From Dipteris shenzhenensis (taxonomy: Eukaryota): a DNA stretch of 64,000 bases. Each line of letters opens with the position of its first letter. Within the stretch, counting starts at the first letter, position 1. Shown piece by piece: positions 1 through 13,184 of the stretch. The notes beneath the pieces are model-generated. The model did no database searches and was not told the origin of the DNA. It was given only the letters and a program-made list of their open reading frames with translations. Position numbers and translations under genes: made by a program. The DNA lies in NCBI GenBank assembly GCA_047967505.1, contig CM106538.1; one strand, given 5' to 3'.

Positions 1-518
1 TCATACGTCTTCTCGACTCCTAGATGTCCTACACATGGGCTAACATGGCATTGTTATCATGGCACTGTTAAATGACTCTCTGCCTGAGATCCTTCTGATT
101 AGGTACTACTACCTTGCCATTTCTTTTCAGCATACCATCCCTTATGGTATATCTTGTATAAGTTTGGCCTTTTCTGGATGCTAGGCCACCCTATTCCCCG
201 GGTTTGAGCATATGAGCCTTAGGCCAAAGGCTCTAAACGAACTCATCCACCTTTTGAGTTTCTCTAATCTCGGCCATTAAAGCACTCTCTAATACCGTGA
301 AACTCATATTATGCATAATGTGTGACAACACATCAGCAACTTTATTATCCTTCTCTCTTCGGTACCGAATCGTCATATTAAACTCCAGCATGAGTTCTGC
401 TCACCTAGCTTGGCGGTCTCTCAAGTTAGGTTGTTTACAGAAATGTTTCAGAGTATCATGATCAACATCAACATAAAACTATGATCCATACAAATAATGT
501 CTCCATGTTTTCAAAGCA
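1..518 (-). mobile_element. Ty3/gypsy pol fragment (RNase H / integrase N-terminus), degenerate
   Basis: Reverse complement aligns by eye to ~60750-61270 (e.g. atgctttgaaaacatggagacattatttgtatggat vs atgcttagaaaacgtggagacattatttgtatggg). Confidence 0.85.
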
Positions 519-1560
519 TGGGGAGTATCTCACAGCCTAGTGGCCAAGCCAAGCAAGCGAAGCCAATTGAGACTCCTTCTAAACCAAGTACCACCATTGG
601 AGTGAAGAAAAGTAGCACCAATGGCAGCCCAAGCTTGGTGAAAATCTTCTTTGACCCCAAAGCAAAAAGAGAAAGCGAAGAAAGAAGGTTTGTGTTTTTG
701 ATGCCTTTAGCCTCATCAGTGGAAAGATTGTCCATGAAACAAGGATTGTCGGATGGCTGAGATGGTGATCTCAGAATGCGACGTGGAGATCCAAAGCAGA
801 CCAGATGCAGATTTAGCTAGTAAGATCTTCTCAGAGGTCAGTACCTGTTTTGTTATGCGTATCTGTTGCTAAGCTAGTAAACAGTGCACCTAATAATATC
901 CTATCAAAGTCCACAGCAATGCGATATACAGCCTTTAACGATACCGATTTGATTAAGATGAAGGGGTAAGTAGCCAATCATGATGTCATTGTGTTGTTTG
1001 ACTTAACGCACAATGTAATTAACTCCAAGCTTGTAAAGAAGCTCAAATTAAAGACTAGCCCATCTGACTATGCATACATAGTCAGGATGGCAGACGGAAG
1101 TTCAACTGAAGTATGGGACCAAAGGGTTACACAGTTGGAACTTCAAATTTAGGACTTGCGGAGAAGCTTGATTTTGAAATGACAAAGCTTGCTCATGCAA
1201 ACATAGCCCTGGGTAAGGCTTGGCATTTTTTTAAGAATCCACATTTACCAGTTCAAGATAAATGCTGTGATGAATCTCTTAGGAGGTGAAAAGGATATAC
1301 CTCAAGGACCGTTGGTTTTCATAATGGAAGTTCTTAAAACTCAAGAAGAGTTTTTGTTTCTTTGTACAGCATTGGTAGAGCCGATTGATGATCCTTTGGC
1401 TAGCACTAATGTTACCCAAGATGGGGAGATGGCCAAGTTGGCTTATCAAATAGCAGCGGAGTTCTCTGACTGCTTATTGATCTTATGGGTTACCTCTAGA
1501 GCGGAACATTCAGCATAAGATTGAATTAATCCCGAGGGCAAAACCTGTAAATAGACCTCC
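519..1560 (+). mobile_element. Ty3/gypsy gag C-terminus / protease / pre-RT fragment, degenerate
   Basis: Collinear with ~58695-59760 (aagactagcccatctgactatgcata..., DIPQGPLV, cagcataagattgaa); multiple stops and frameshifts. Confidence 0.85.
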
Positions 1561-1601
1561 GTCTCATGTGTCCTGCACAGGAACACCGCCATAGTTTGAC
1601 G

Positions 1602-3009
1602 TGTAATTCTTCACCCGCTACAAGAATGTCTCATTGCCCTAATCCGCGTCATCCACTCCAACAGACAAGCTCTGTCAACAAATACCAATACCCAGCAATC
1701 CTCAACCGGCACTCTAATACCAAATGAAACGCTCAAACCCTCTTTCTTGAAAAGCAAGAGTGATGGCACGTTCATAACCTCCCAACCTACCTCTGTATCA
1801 GCATGTTCACAAGATGAAACAAAAAATCGTATGCTAATCCACAAAGCCCCAATTCCCTCGATGGATCTAGTCTACCACATATCATCATTCTAGGGTATCT
1901 CTTAAATGCATCTTTTATCCAAATCTTGGGAGTACATTAAATTCATTTGTCCCTAGGCACATTTACACATTTAATGCATTTAAGACCCATAGCCTTAGAC
2001 CCATCTAGTCCGTGCCATATCACCCTCATCAAGGGCCTTGACATTGATTCCTTTGACCATTTACATGAAGCGCCAATACGACAATTGATCCTCTAAAGGA
2101 AAATCTCCATTGATCCCTCCGACGTCATGTTATCTCAACTTGAGCATAACACTCCTCTATGGCCGTAGCAACTAAGGGTGACCATAATGCTGGTATGCAT
2201 GCACAGGAGATTGGGGCTCTACATGGATAGTGTCACAAGCATCCACACGCCCGTGGCCATGCTAGCTAGTGCCAGCGCACACAACCAAGTCAACGGCCAC
2301 GTAGACGTCCGTACAACCATTTGGGCAACCTTGCGCAATCATCAATCAGCACACAATCAACATGCAGTCAGCACCATGTCATTGCAGGTCAAAAAGTGCA
2401 GAGTTGACTTTTTGGTCAAAAGTCAATGCATTGACTTTTTGTCATCGTTGACTTTTTGTCCGACCGGTCAATGGTCTACGGTGACCAGCCAACCAGGTCA
2501 ACGGTCGGCGTTGACCAAGTCGGCCAGGCTGACCTATCAGCCTATAAAAGGGCAGCCTTTGGCCCTCATTCTTCATCCACTCCTCAGGCCTTCAAGCCTT
2601 CAAAGCAGCAGAGTCAAGCCTCCCCGCAACAGACCAGCAGGGTAGCCTCAGCCTCTTTAGGGATCTAGTGAGGATTCACCTCCTCTAGGTAGTCTAGTCT
2701 TCTAGTTTTGCAGTGAGGGTTTTCAGCCCCTCCATACAGGTGTATTCAGCACTTTGGGCATTCATTATTCAGATGTATCTATTTCCTCTTCGGAGGTCCA
2801 CTACATTCTCTCTCTGATTCTCTCACATCCACAGCTCACTTTGTGTATTAAGTGCATCATCTTGTAGTTGCAATTAGTATTGGGCAAGAGAGAGAGTGAG
2901 GATAGTCTATCTCCCGCTACAGATAGACTTCTCCCCTTGATGCGCCGTTTCTCCCACTTAGGTGTCACAAGGTTAACCAGGTCACACGCGAGGACGTCCT
3001 GAAGCTACA
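1602..3009 (-). mobile_element. LTR-like sequence related to the gypsy LTR at ~47442-49892
   Basis: 1850-2150 is the reverse-complement homolog of ~49420-49740; TG...CA ends are plausible but no TSD was confirmed; boundaries approximate. Confidence 0.55.
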
Positions 3010-3930
3010 CACATTCCGGACCTGATTGGAAACAAGTGAACTCACAGAAATCACTGCCTACGTATTTCTGACAAGGGTTTTATTGATCCTCCTGGATATA
3101 TTCAGATTCACCTTTCCCATAGGATCTCTATTGGGCAATTCCAGATTCTTCACACGATTTCGCATTGAGAGTGAAAGAGTTGAGGGAGTACCTAGGGAGA
3201 GGCACATATGCAATATGTGTGAGCTCCAAGAGATTCAGTCAGAGGAGCATTTCATCTTCAGGGGTCTAGTATACCGCGAGATTCAAGGCCGCTTTTATTG
3301 TCTCTTCAGAGACAGCTTCGGGCTACTCTCCTACTTCCACGCCTTTCAAGACCAGAGATGTTTGGTTGCCTTCATCCATGAGGCATTTGATATCCAGAGC
3401 GCTTACTCAGATCACAGAGACAGGGACAAGGCGCACTAGTAGACCCTTCTCAGAGCATGGTCACATAGTTTTTCCAGCCAGACCACACATGTTATCACCC
3501 TGTAGGCCTCTGACACAGGCAGGACCCGGAGCCAACGACACAACATACCCAAGAACGCGTAGATCACACTTGGAGACATCCCTTCCATGTTCAAGGGTTG
3601 GGATGCGACCGACTCGGGTCACCATAGCCCTAGTCCAACGCAGAGCCTTTGCCAGAAGACCACACCGAGTAGCGCCCACAGATAGCCGACAGTACTCTAT
3701 CTCTGACTTTATTCTACCACTGTCACACCAAGCACTGGGTCCTTCGTGATATTGGGCTAAAGTTGGGTTTGTACTTTGATGATATATGATGATAGTGGTG
3801 ATGGGGATGGTCATATTGACATTATGTTATGACTTTGTACTCATGTTCTTATGGCTATGTAGCATCTAGCGTGTAGTATGGGTGTTGATGCTCTTATGGC
3901 TATGTAGCATGTAGTATGGGTGTTGATGTT
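3010..3930 (+). mobile_element. 3' end of a LINE (C-terminal zinc-knuckle-like region and 3' UTR)
   Basis: Translation RIESERVEGVPRERHICNMCELQEIQSEEHFIFRGLVYREIQGRFYCLF resembles the Cys/His C-terminal motif of LINE ORF2; limits approximate. Confidence 0.65.
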
Positions 3931-4225
3931 GGTTTAGTAGCTCCACCCTTTCAACTTGTTTGTATCTAGTTTCTCACAGTCTCATAGACCCATTGGTCTT
4001 CCAAAGACTTTGATAAGCTTTCTTTCTTTCTTTCTTTCTCTACCTTACTCGTGTTAAAGGCTTTGGATTTTGAGATCATTGTTTAAACTGCTATCTTACA
4101 AGAAGGATAAGTGCCAAGGTGTATAGAGTAAAGTGTCATAGCAAAGATATTTGAATGCCACCACGGTTTGCAGAATAGAATGCTATAACGAAGATGTGGA
4201 AACCAAAACAGGAGAGAGAACTTAC

Positions 4226-4420
4226 TTGACTTAAATACACGATGCCTGCTTGTTGAGGAACTAGCAAACGTAAGTTGGCTGAACACTTGGCAGCAGAATC
4301 CAAACCATAATTGGAATCATTTAAGTGGTCGCTCAGTAAATCCGGAAAACGAAATACAAGGTCAGCCATACGAGGCAATACACTGCCGAAGAACTCCTTC
4401 GAAGTTGCACGTGAAATGAG
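4226..4420 (-). CDS. PARG1: PARG exon 2
   Basis: ttccag acceptor, 65 codons LISRATS...YLSQ, gtaagt donor. Confidence 0.9.
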
Positions 4421-4875
4421 CTGGAACAGACAAATGGAGTTCATTAAGATGTACTAGCATTCATGCGGAGTAAAATTCAAAGACCGTGTGAATGTGCCTT
4501 CGATGCAATTGTCAAATGAAAATGGAAGTGCAGAAATCAGAACGTGCTAGAATGCTTCCTGGAGCAATGACATCCAAAAAAACCACAGAGCAAACAGGGG
4601 CGATGATTCACGTCGTCAAAGAACAAGGTAAAGCCTTCCAAAGCGGCAAAACCCAAAGGCGGGAGGCCGCTCTGCTCGCGGAAATCATTGATGGCATCGC
4701 AAAGCGCCTCAGCGTCGCTAACTTCGCTGAATTCAGGGCCACGAACGAGACCCTTGAAAGCGTAACCAAGCCCGGGAGGCCACTGCCAAGAACCAGAATC
4801 TGACTTGCAGAACGGGGGAAGATATGGAAGGATCGAAGAGCTGGTACCCGATGGGGATGCTACCATGCCTTCCAT
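4226..4875 (-). CDS. PARG1: Poly(ADP-ribose) glycohydrolase, N-terminal two exons (4875-4612, 4420-4226); gene continues beyond the left edge
   Basis: SILPYLPP...WPPGLGYAFKGLVRGP...FTLFFDD|LISRATSKEFFGSVLPRMADLVFRFPDLL...LRLLVPQQAGIVYLSQ parallels the plant PARG N-terminus (SILPYLPL...LRLLNSQQAGIVFLSQ). GT/AG at 4611/4421, next GT at 4225. ATG at 4875 is inferred. Confidence 0.9.
4612..4875 (-). CDS. PARG1: PARG exon 1
   Basis: MEGMVASPSGTSSSILPYLPP...FFDD followed by a gtgaat donor. Confidence 0.85.
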
Positions 4876-5899
4876 CTCCAAAAAATTCTTGGTGCCAAAT
4901 TCCCACGATCTGCTAAACAACTTTGTCGGAATCAGCAGCCGGGTCACCATCAACCGTACCATGCGCAATAGGTGGGACGACTTTCCTCAAGGAAACTCTA
5001 GGAAAATCGTTGGACTGTCAAGGTGTAGGGAAGGGCCACAAGAGGCCAGAGATGGACGGTCAGGATTTCATCCTGGTCGAATTTTTAATTGTGAAGCTAA
5101 CATTAGTGTGAGTTACCTTAATTGTGGGGGGGTAACCGCAAAGAGATTGAATTCTGTCTCTGAAACTACCCGCTATCACTTGCTATGCTCGGAATAGTTT
5201 TGTCGAACACTACATGTTAATCGGCTAGTCTACACAAGCTTTATAGAGAACTTTATTCATCAAACCAATTACAATTTTTAAAAAATCGGACTGCATCGTC
5301 AAATCTGCCCCCTATCAATTGATAACCAAAAATTGATAATGGTCATCAACAACACCAATGAAATCAACTTCTAGTCCACCGGCGGTTGGTTGCCAACTTC
5401 ACCAATTTCCTCCCTAGTCATCGATTCCCTATTTCTTCGACGACTTTACCATCAATGTCCTCAGTGGTATCAGCCACCATGCCCTCATGAGTCGATGCCA
5501 CTTTTCCCAAGCTCTTAGGTCACTATCCATGCCCTAAAAATTGGTCACACCTCTACATGTTGCTACCAATTATGGGCCCTCAATACTCATAAAAGCCCAA
5601 CATCAAACATTCAACAAAATGAAAGTGGCACTTTCACCTTTAGCATAAATTTATTTGAAGACTCGACACCCAAACTTCTTTCAAGATGGGTAAGCCTAGA
5701 TTTAACCATGGAGTAAGTTGGAGAATGCCTAAGAAAACAAAGGACAACAAGGTGGCGGTATAATAACAGGTTGAGCATTGGTATGCAAGTTATAGAATTA
5801 GTTGATCCTAGGTTTAGCATTTTATTGTCTCATCTTCAAAGCTCTTCATTTGGAACAAGGTTTACCGATGCCGAAATAATATTTTCTTCCTTGACTAGT

Positions 5900-6215
5900 G
5901 ATATAGAAATAATACATGATTAGATCGTTATGATCTACATATGCATGGTAAAGGGAATAGGTTTACTTCCAAAGTTGTATTTTCTTCTTCCACTAGTAAA
6001 GGTATGTTCTTAGACTGGTATAGAAACAATATATGATTAGATCAGTTATTGTTTACAAATTCAAAGTAAAAGGAATAGGTTGAGGATTTACACATGCATG
6101 GTAAAGGGAATAGGTTTACCTAAACACTAGCCATATATGATTAGATCATTTATTGTTTACAAATGTAAAGTAAAGGGAATAGGCTTAGGATTACACATGC
6201 ATGGTAAAGGAATTA
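5900..6215. repeat. Degenerate local tandem repeat (atatgattagatc...gtaaagggaatagg)
   Basis: Motifs recur at ~5915, ~6030 and ~6135 with ~105-115 bp spacing. Confidence 0.55.
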
Positions 6216-6943
6216 CAAGTTTTGTCACTATTAGTATGAAACATATAATTTACATGAGATTAATGTTAGCATGCTTACATGGAGTCTAGCTTGATATTGG
6301 GTCTTGTTGTTGGCCACCATCTTAGCCAACTGCAATGGAGGAAACACTTTGGCCATCTACAATAAAAGAAACATTGTTAGAACAATTCCATTCTAATTCA
6401 ATGCTAAAGCTAAAAATATAAACTTATCACTAAAGTATCTCCTTGAAATAGCACTCTTTTAAAGTCACTTTGCAAAGAGCTAGAAAAACATGTAAATAAA
6501 TCAGAGCATGAATTATTTATTTCCAAAACTTATAATAAGGAAGGATTCTATGTAGTAAAATGTCCCAAACAATGTTGACCTTGAACCATCTTCTTGTGCT
6601 GTGGCCAAAAAAAAAAAACGACAATGTGCATGGCCTCGATCCCTTTATCTCTTGTAAAAAAGCTTGTGCGGCTCATGGTGGCTTGCTTTGATGTGAATGT
6701 CATTGTGTTAGTGCTACTCTAGTATACAAGTACATAAGTAAAATTTTACCCAGATAGTGGTATGCATGCATTATCACATTAGTTACATGAGGCATCCTTA
6801 TGCATCTAATTGTTTGTTACTAGATTTTTCCCTTTCGTGCCATTTTCTGTTCAATCATATGTCGTGGTGTATGAGACTTTACACTTGATATGGGTCTACT
6901 CATCTAGTTTTAGCATCTAAATAGAATTAAGTGATGATAAGCC

Positions 6944-6950
6944 ATATATA

Positions 6951-6989
<39 letters not shown>
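6944..6989. repeat. (TA)n/(TG)n microsatellite
   Basis: Directly visible. Confidence 0.95.
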
Positions 6990-6992
<3 letters not shown>

Positions 6993-7395
6993 TAATTTCT
7001 ATTGTGAAGAAAGGATTATGGCTTTTAGGTACAATCTCTAATGGGATTTTCTCCTAAAGATCAAAGATTTTAGCCCAACCAAACTCTAACAACATTAAAA
7101 GACTACACATGGAGTACGATAGCAACAATTTTTCGAAACACTTGAAGTGCATGTTCTACCATTAATATAGACCACAACTGAACAGCTGTACTTTTAAGCA
7201 AATTTTAAAATAAAATGAGTCAATAAAGGAGTCACAATAGATATGTCAAAAAGTGGCATGAATAACCACTCAATTTGCATCATTTTGTGATATTTTTTAA
7301 AATACAAGCATTGGAAATCCGTACCATTTTTTATTTTTTGAAATGCATCATTATGCTATGCATTCAATGAAGTTTTTATCCCTTCCCTCGGCACA

Positions 7396-7427
7396 CATTA
7401 GGAAAAAAGGGAACTCGTTTTGGGGCC
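7396..7427 (+). repeat. Left TIR CATTAGGAAAAAAGGGAACTCGTTTTGGGGCC
   Basis: Reverse complement of 23338-23369 except one base. Confidence 0.92.
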
Positions 7428-7849
7428 TTTTGGCCAAAATGAAAAATCCCTCTCCACCAATCACAAGAGGGCCAATGTAACATTCAGAAAATAGAGGAAA
7501 TACAAAATAGTTTCACATAATAAGTGAAAGAGACAAAACTTTATGGAGGTACAATTGTATAAACCTTACAAGGAGTCATATCACGGACTCAAATATGATT
7601 TCCCTCCTAAACAAGTTTTCCCGCGTGTACAAATCAAAGATTCAAATGTGCTTTATTGAGTCTAGGATTGGGCCTATCTTTCCCCCCAGTTCTTCTACTC
7701 ACACCTTTCCATCCATGGCAATAGGCACCCCAAGGCATCTTTCTTGCCTAAACGGGCTTTGTTGCTTGCATTCCTACTTTTCCTCCTAGTTCTCTCACTT
7801 GCATTTCACCCATTTGCAAGTTTGGTTATCTTTCACGAATCATCCATGG

Positions 7850-9420
7850 CAACAGGCATCCCAATCCAAAGCAGTGTGTAACTCATAATGCAGAAGACCA
7901 AGACATAGAGGTGAGAGCTATTTCTTTGCGACCTACAACATGCATATCATCTATAGAGTTTGCCAATAGGACACCGTCGAATAATATATTTCTAGCCTCT
8001 TGGAAAAGCAAGGTCAAAGATTTCAAAACAATAGATGGTAAGAAGGGTATTAAGGAAATACTAGTTGAGCATTTACATATGCACAATAAACTTGTGCGGC
8101 ATGATTATCCATATTATCTTCCACGGCACAGGCCCAATTGTGACTTTTTACCCTTTCAATTTCGGAATGGTAATTTCAAACATTGCTATTTTCTACGTAA
8201 ACTAAAATGTGTTTTGGTTTTTAGATTTGTATCCGTCATCATATGAAGAATGGCAACCGGTGGAGTGCATTTTGGGATTCTTGGATGTCTTGCATGGAGC
8301 AATAGGAGAATTACAATATCAAGGTAGATTTGCAACTCAATTAGCACAGATGTGTATCTTCTTCTATGACCATTTTTATGAATTGTTGGACAAAGCAAAC
8401 ACTCACGGTGTGTTGAGGAAACAAGATTTCCTGCCATGGAATACGATAGATTGGCCAGTGCCCCCTAGTAGTGTGACAGAGGCATATAGGGCTAAGCTAT
8501 TCGCAAAAGTTCAACTATCTTTACGTAAAGGCATTGCTACAAGAATTGTAAAACATGCCAATCATTGTTTTGTTGGCCTGTTTAACAAGTATCCATTCAA
8601 GTTGTGCAAAACAATGCTCACCTACAAAGCAATTGGAAATGAAGAGAACCTTAACTTCTTGGATGATGGTTGGGATAAATCAATATTGAACAAGGTCTAC
8701 TATGAGGTGGTGCCAAGTATGGTTACCATTAAGTATATGATTGCAAGCCATAATTTTATATTTTCTTTTTACTATACAAACGCAGTAAGTTCATTACGGG
8801 ATAAATTAGTTCCAATCGACAAGAGCTTAACTTGTTTGGCCTTGAAAAAAAGTATTGGAGATCAAGGTCTATGAAGATGGAAATTTTTGTAAGTGTAATC
8901 TCAATAGAACAGTGTTGTATGCTAGCCCAATTGTGCCGTGACATTCATGTGGAGACAGAGGACAGTATTTTGAAAGAATTCTCGTTCATTATCAACAACA
9001 ACAAGGTGCATAGAATGTTTTCAAATCGGTTCTTTGTTATTTTCATTTGTTATATTTACATGATTCATTCATTGTCTTCATTTGTTACTAACAAAACATT
9101 ACAACAGCTATTGCATAGGAGAGAGAGCACAATTCAATGCAAAAGCATCACTAGAGAGACTGTTTACATTACTTCTCAATAACAATGTATAGGATTTCGC
9201 ATGATTTTTGTACCTGTATAGTACTTCTCAATGACTTAGTGACCAACAGCCACACTGATCTTAGTGATTGTGTACAATGTAGATATCTACCACAGTCCAA
9301 CTCATAGAGAAGGCTGAACCTCATTCGCAAGCTACTGCTTTTCTGGATCTTGTTCTGAATGCAATTTTTATTGCTAGCGGCGGTGGAGACCTTCAGCTTT
9401 TGCTATACCTGGACACTCCT
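7850..9420 (+). pseudogene. Transposon-borne gene A, unknown protein with introns, degenerate
   Basis: Consecutive + ORFs 7911-8246, 8209-8874 (221 aa) and 8832-9182 in AT-rich DNA, with plausible GT...AG introns near 8170-8224 and 9006-9106; no recognisable domain. Confidence 0.55.
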
Positions 9421-10479
9421 CAAGAGGACTCTGATGTAGCTGGAGCATGTGATGAACCTGAATGATCCTCTATCTTCTCCTCGTGCACTTGCTCCTCCTG
9501 TACCATTTTCTCCTTTAACTTCTGCTCCAACATCTCATCGTTATCTCTTCTTGAGCTATTCAAGAAGCAACTAGAGAACCTTTGCTACTAGTCTAGCTCT
9601 GCTGTACTCTCTATTATTGGGGAAACATACTAGAGAAGCTATGCTACTAGTTTAGCTCTAAAGATGTATACATACTTTGAGTTGTAACATTCCTCCTTCA
9701 GTTGTAAAAAACAGTAATGCAAAATTTTTTTTGTAATCCTATATGAAACTTTTGTACATTAATTATTCATAATGGAAAGCTTATGGTTTTTACAAGTGGT
9801 AAGGTCTTGATCTTTGTTAATTTTATTGATTTTCCATATGTTATCTTTAAAGCCTTGTAAGAAGGTACCCTTGATTCTTGATTTGAATTCAATATTTCTA
9901 CCATAGACTAATGCTACATGTTATACGCACTACAAATAAGAGAAATAATGATTCTATGTAAAGAAATCTTTGAGATAAATCAAAACTCATATAACATGTC
10001 AATTGTATTGATACAAAAACTAGTGATACATAAAGCATAGACATCCCAAATAGGATTGTTGAGATAAATAAAAACTCATATTACAGGTATTGTATCAATA
10101 TAACACTTTAGTAACCCTCCTAACACACATACATCAGCAACCGGACTAGAGGAGGACATACACAATCAACCTAAAATCGAGGGAGGGTATGGGGAAGGGA
10201 TAGGTCATAGTGGTTGCATTAAACTGGCCGTAATCTACACAACCATGCATCTTCTTGTTCTTCTTGGAAACAATGATGATTAGAGAGGTCCACATGGCTC
10301 GATTAATGAAATATAGGAAGCCACTTGCAAGCTTGTGAATTTCTTCATCAAGCTGCTGTGAAGGAGGATGCTAATCAAGCTGAGGCTACTCATCAAGCTG
10401 ATGTGGATCCTCTGTATGTCGATGATGGGCCTCCATGTGCTATATGGGATTTATGAGAAGTGACCCCCCCAAGTAGCCA

Positions 10480-11260
10480 TCCAACAAGAAATTTTGGGGA
10501 AGGGTCTAGAAACCGCAGTGCCACATCATTTCCATGTTTCAAAATTCATCTCTAACTCAAATTTTACAGTCAAATAATTCTTTTTATCTCTTAATCTGCA
10601 TTATCCAACGTTTCTCTCTTGGTGGGTTCACTATGTGTTAATCCTCCATATCACATGCATTGAAGGAATAATTTAAAGTCCCTTATCTGTGAATTTTTCA
10701 TGGATAAAATGGCACACGTTTTCTTTTCAATCTATAAATACCTCTTTTAAATGGTACCCTTTTGTATGTAAAAAATGTGTTAATAATCTAGATATCCCTT
10801 CTATTAAATCCAAGTGTTATGTTAATATGTTTATAAGTGACCCCCTAATGGGTCTTTAAGCTCCTTATGCAACTTCAATCAAACCCTCCATTATTTTCAA
10901 TTCATGATAAATGCCTATACTAAATCCCATGTTTGATAGTCGTGCAACAAGCAATTTTCAAAAAGGGTCTAGAAGCCACAATATAACACAAGAAGGGTCT
11001 AGAAGCCACAATATAACACATTTCTATGTTTCAAAATTTATTTTCTAGTCCAAATTTTATTGTCAACTATTCTTCTTAGCACTTAATCTTGCATTATCCA
11101 TAGTTTCTCTCAGCTTCTTATGCCAGTTCAATTTAGAAACTTCATTATTTGCCATACATATGGACTCCTACTCTAAATTCCATGTTTTATAGCTATCCAA
11201 CAACAATAAAATTTTTAGAAGGGTCTAGAAACCAAAATGCCAAATCATTTCCATATTAAA
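10480..11260. repeat. Internal direct repeats (aagggtctagaa(a/g)cc...catttc) of the DNA transposon
   Basis: Copies near 10500, 10965, 10993 and 11219 with extended flanking similarity. Confidence 0.7.
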
Positions 11261-12029
11261 GTATTGTCTTTCATTAAACAAATGCATTGTATTATAACTT
11301 GATGGCCCTTACGTTGTGCATTGCTTGTGGCATTGGAAATTTGACCACTATACTACAGGTCTATTGGTATAATGGCCTTTGGCCCATCTTGCAAGAGAGC
11401 ATAGTTGACTTCTCCTCGAGGATTTTCTAGTAATAGATGTCAATAATGACTTCCTCCCCACTAGTAATGTATCCCATCCATCTACTGATGCCTCTCATAG
11501 CTTGTTTTGGTATTCTCACACATCACTGCATAGTATTCTGTGTTTTTCATGTTATCCTCAATTGCATGAATTGTGAAGCTATCTCCCACCCATGGCTACA
11601 ACATAACCAAGCATGGTGGTTCATGGAATGCATCAAAGATCTCTAACATGAAGCTTTATCGGTGTAATAATTGTACTAGAATGCTTTGGGAGAGTCCTCA
11701 GCTATGATGGTTTCCTCACCCTACTCCTCCATACCACTTGTTGTGGTAGGCTCCTTCCCTTCAGCAACAACTAGCTCCTTGCTTCCAGAAGCACTAGTTC
11801 TAGTACTTACTCTGCATCTCCCTCGGGATACTTTACAAGCATAACTTAATAGCTTTTCTATGACCATGGATCTATATCCATCCACATACACTGATGTAGA
11901 GCTATCCTCTTAAACATGCAATCAAGAACACTAATAAGAAATATTAGATTATATATTTTTTGAAAATGGCAATCGTACAAGAGTCATTATGAATATATAG
12001 ATTTATATACTTACCCTGTCTGGTTGCAG

Positions 12030-12770
12030 ATCTGCAAAGTAAGTATCTAACAAATACTTGGCATGGATCATTGTCCTTCACCCACATGAATGGGGATCAT
12101 CCTCTTGTGGTGCTTGCACAAACTTAACAGCCTTAAGATATGGTTTATATAATTGAGGAGGCCAAAAACATCATTGAACATCTAGAAACATCCTTACCTT
12201 TTAAGTCAAAAATTTGAACACTATCTAGCAGGTCCACATTTGGAGGACAATGATCCAAGACATCCAATAACCTTTTAAAGCCTCTATAAGATAAAATCCT
12301 ATTGTTAGCAAAGGTGAAGAGCTTTATTTATATAGGGCTATATTAAAGAAAGGAAGCATACAGGTCAAGCTCCGTATGTATTCCATAGATAGAATTCATA
12401 CAAAAGGCTTGTTTTTGTTGAAGATCAATACACATTAGGCTCCAATGGTTGCTGCAAAAGAAAGATAGATACATCAGTCAACATTACAACAACAAATGAT
12501 AGAAGAAATGATGTAAAATGTATTATTCACTTACTCAGAGTGGTAAGGTAAGAGGATGACAGTGATCAAGGTGAAGTCACAGTGTTTAAACCACTTGACA
12601 AGATCACTTGTAGGAACCTTTGGATTCCTTAGTAAGGGATACATGCAGGGATCATCAAGTACATGAACCTCAAGTTGTTGCCACTCTTTTAACCCTACTC
12701 TATACATGCTGGCAAAAATACTCTTATCAGTGCACTGTATAAGAAACTCAGTCCATATCATCAATTAATC
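12030..12770 (-). pseudogene. Ulp1/C48 peptidase-like domain
   Basis: Catalytic His in NHWSL (~12445), N/D-S position MNSI, and the PQ...CG motif PQEDDPHSCG (Cys ~12085), in the order typical of C48 peptidases. Confidence 0.75.
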
Positions 12771-13184
12771 AAGAAACTCAACCCATATTCATCACCTAAG
12801 CATGAAGATTAATTAAATGAGAACATAAAAAAGAATTGTGTCAGTCACCTACTCTCCTCATGACATCAAAGCTCACAAATAGTCTTGGGTCAGTGTTATA
12901 TCTCTCACCGAAGTGGCATGTTAAAGCTTGAGAATAATATTTGATCCCAACTCAGTTATCCTTTGATTATTGGGGCAATCTCTTAGATGAATTGCCTGTT
13001 GGAAGCATCCCATCTGCTCTATCATAGCCTCCTCATAAGCAGTCTTGCCTCTTGTATCCTTGCCCTATCTTACCTCCATTATATTTATCCCTTCATCCTT
13101 TGGTTTCCTTACTGGTGGCACAGATAGAATATCCCTCATTTTGAGATCCACCCAATCACAAGGATGAAGGAGATTGTCATATCT

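Noticed and set aside
4876-5197. N-terminal extension of PARG and overlapping + strand ORFs
   Set aside because: Similarity to PARG begins near Met 4875; the overlapping ORFs are antisense shadows of a GC-rich exon.
7850-9420. RAG2-like gene (ProtoRAG analogy)
   Set aside because: No kelch repeats or PHD finger recognisable.
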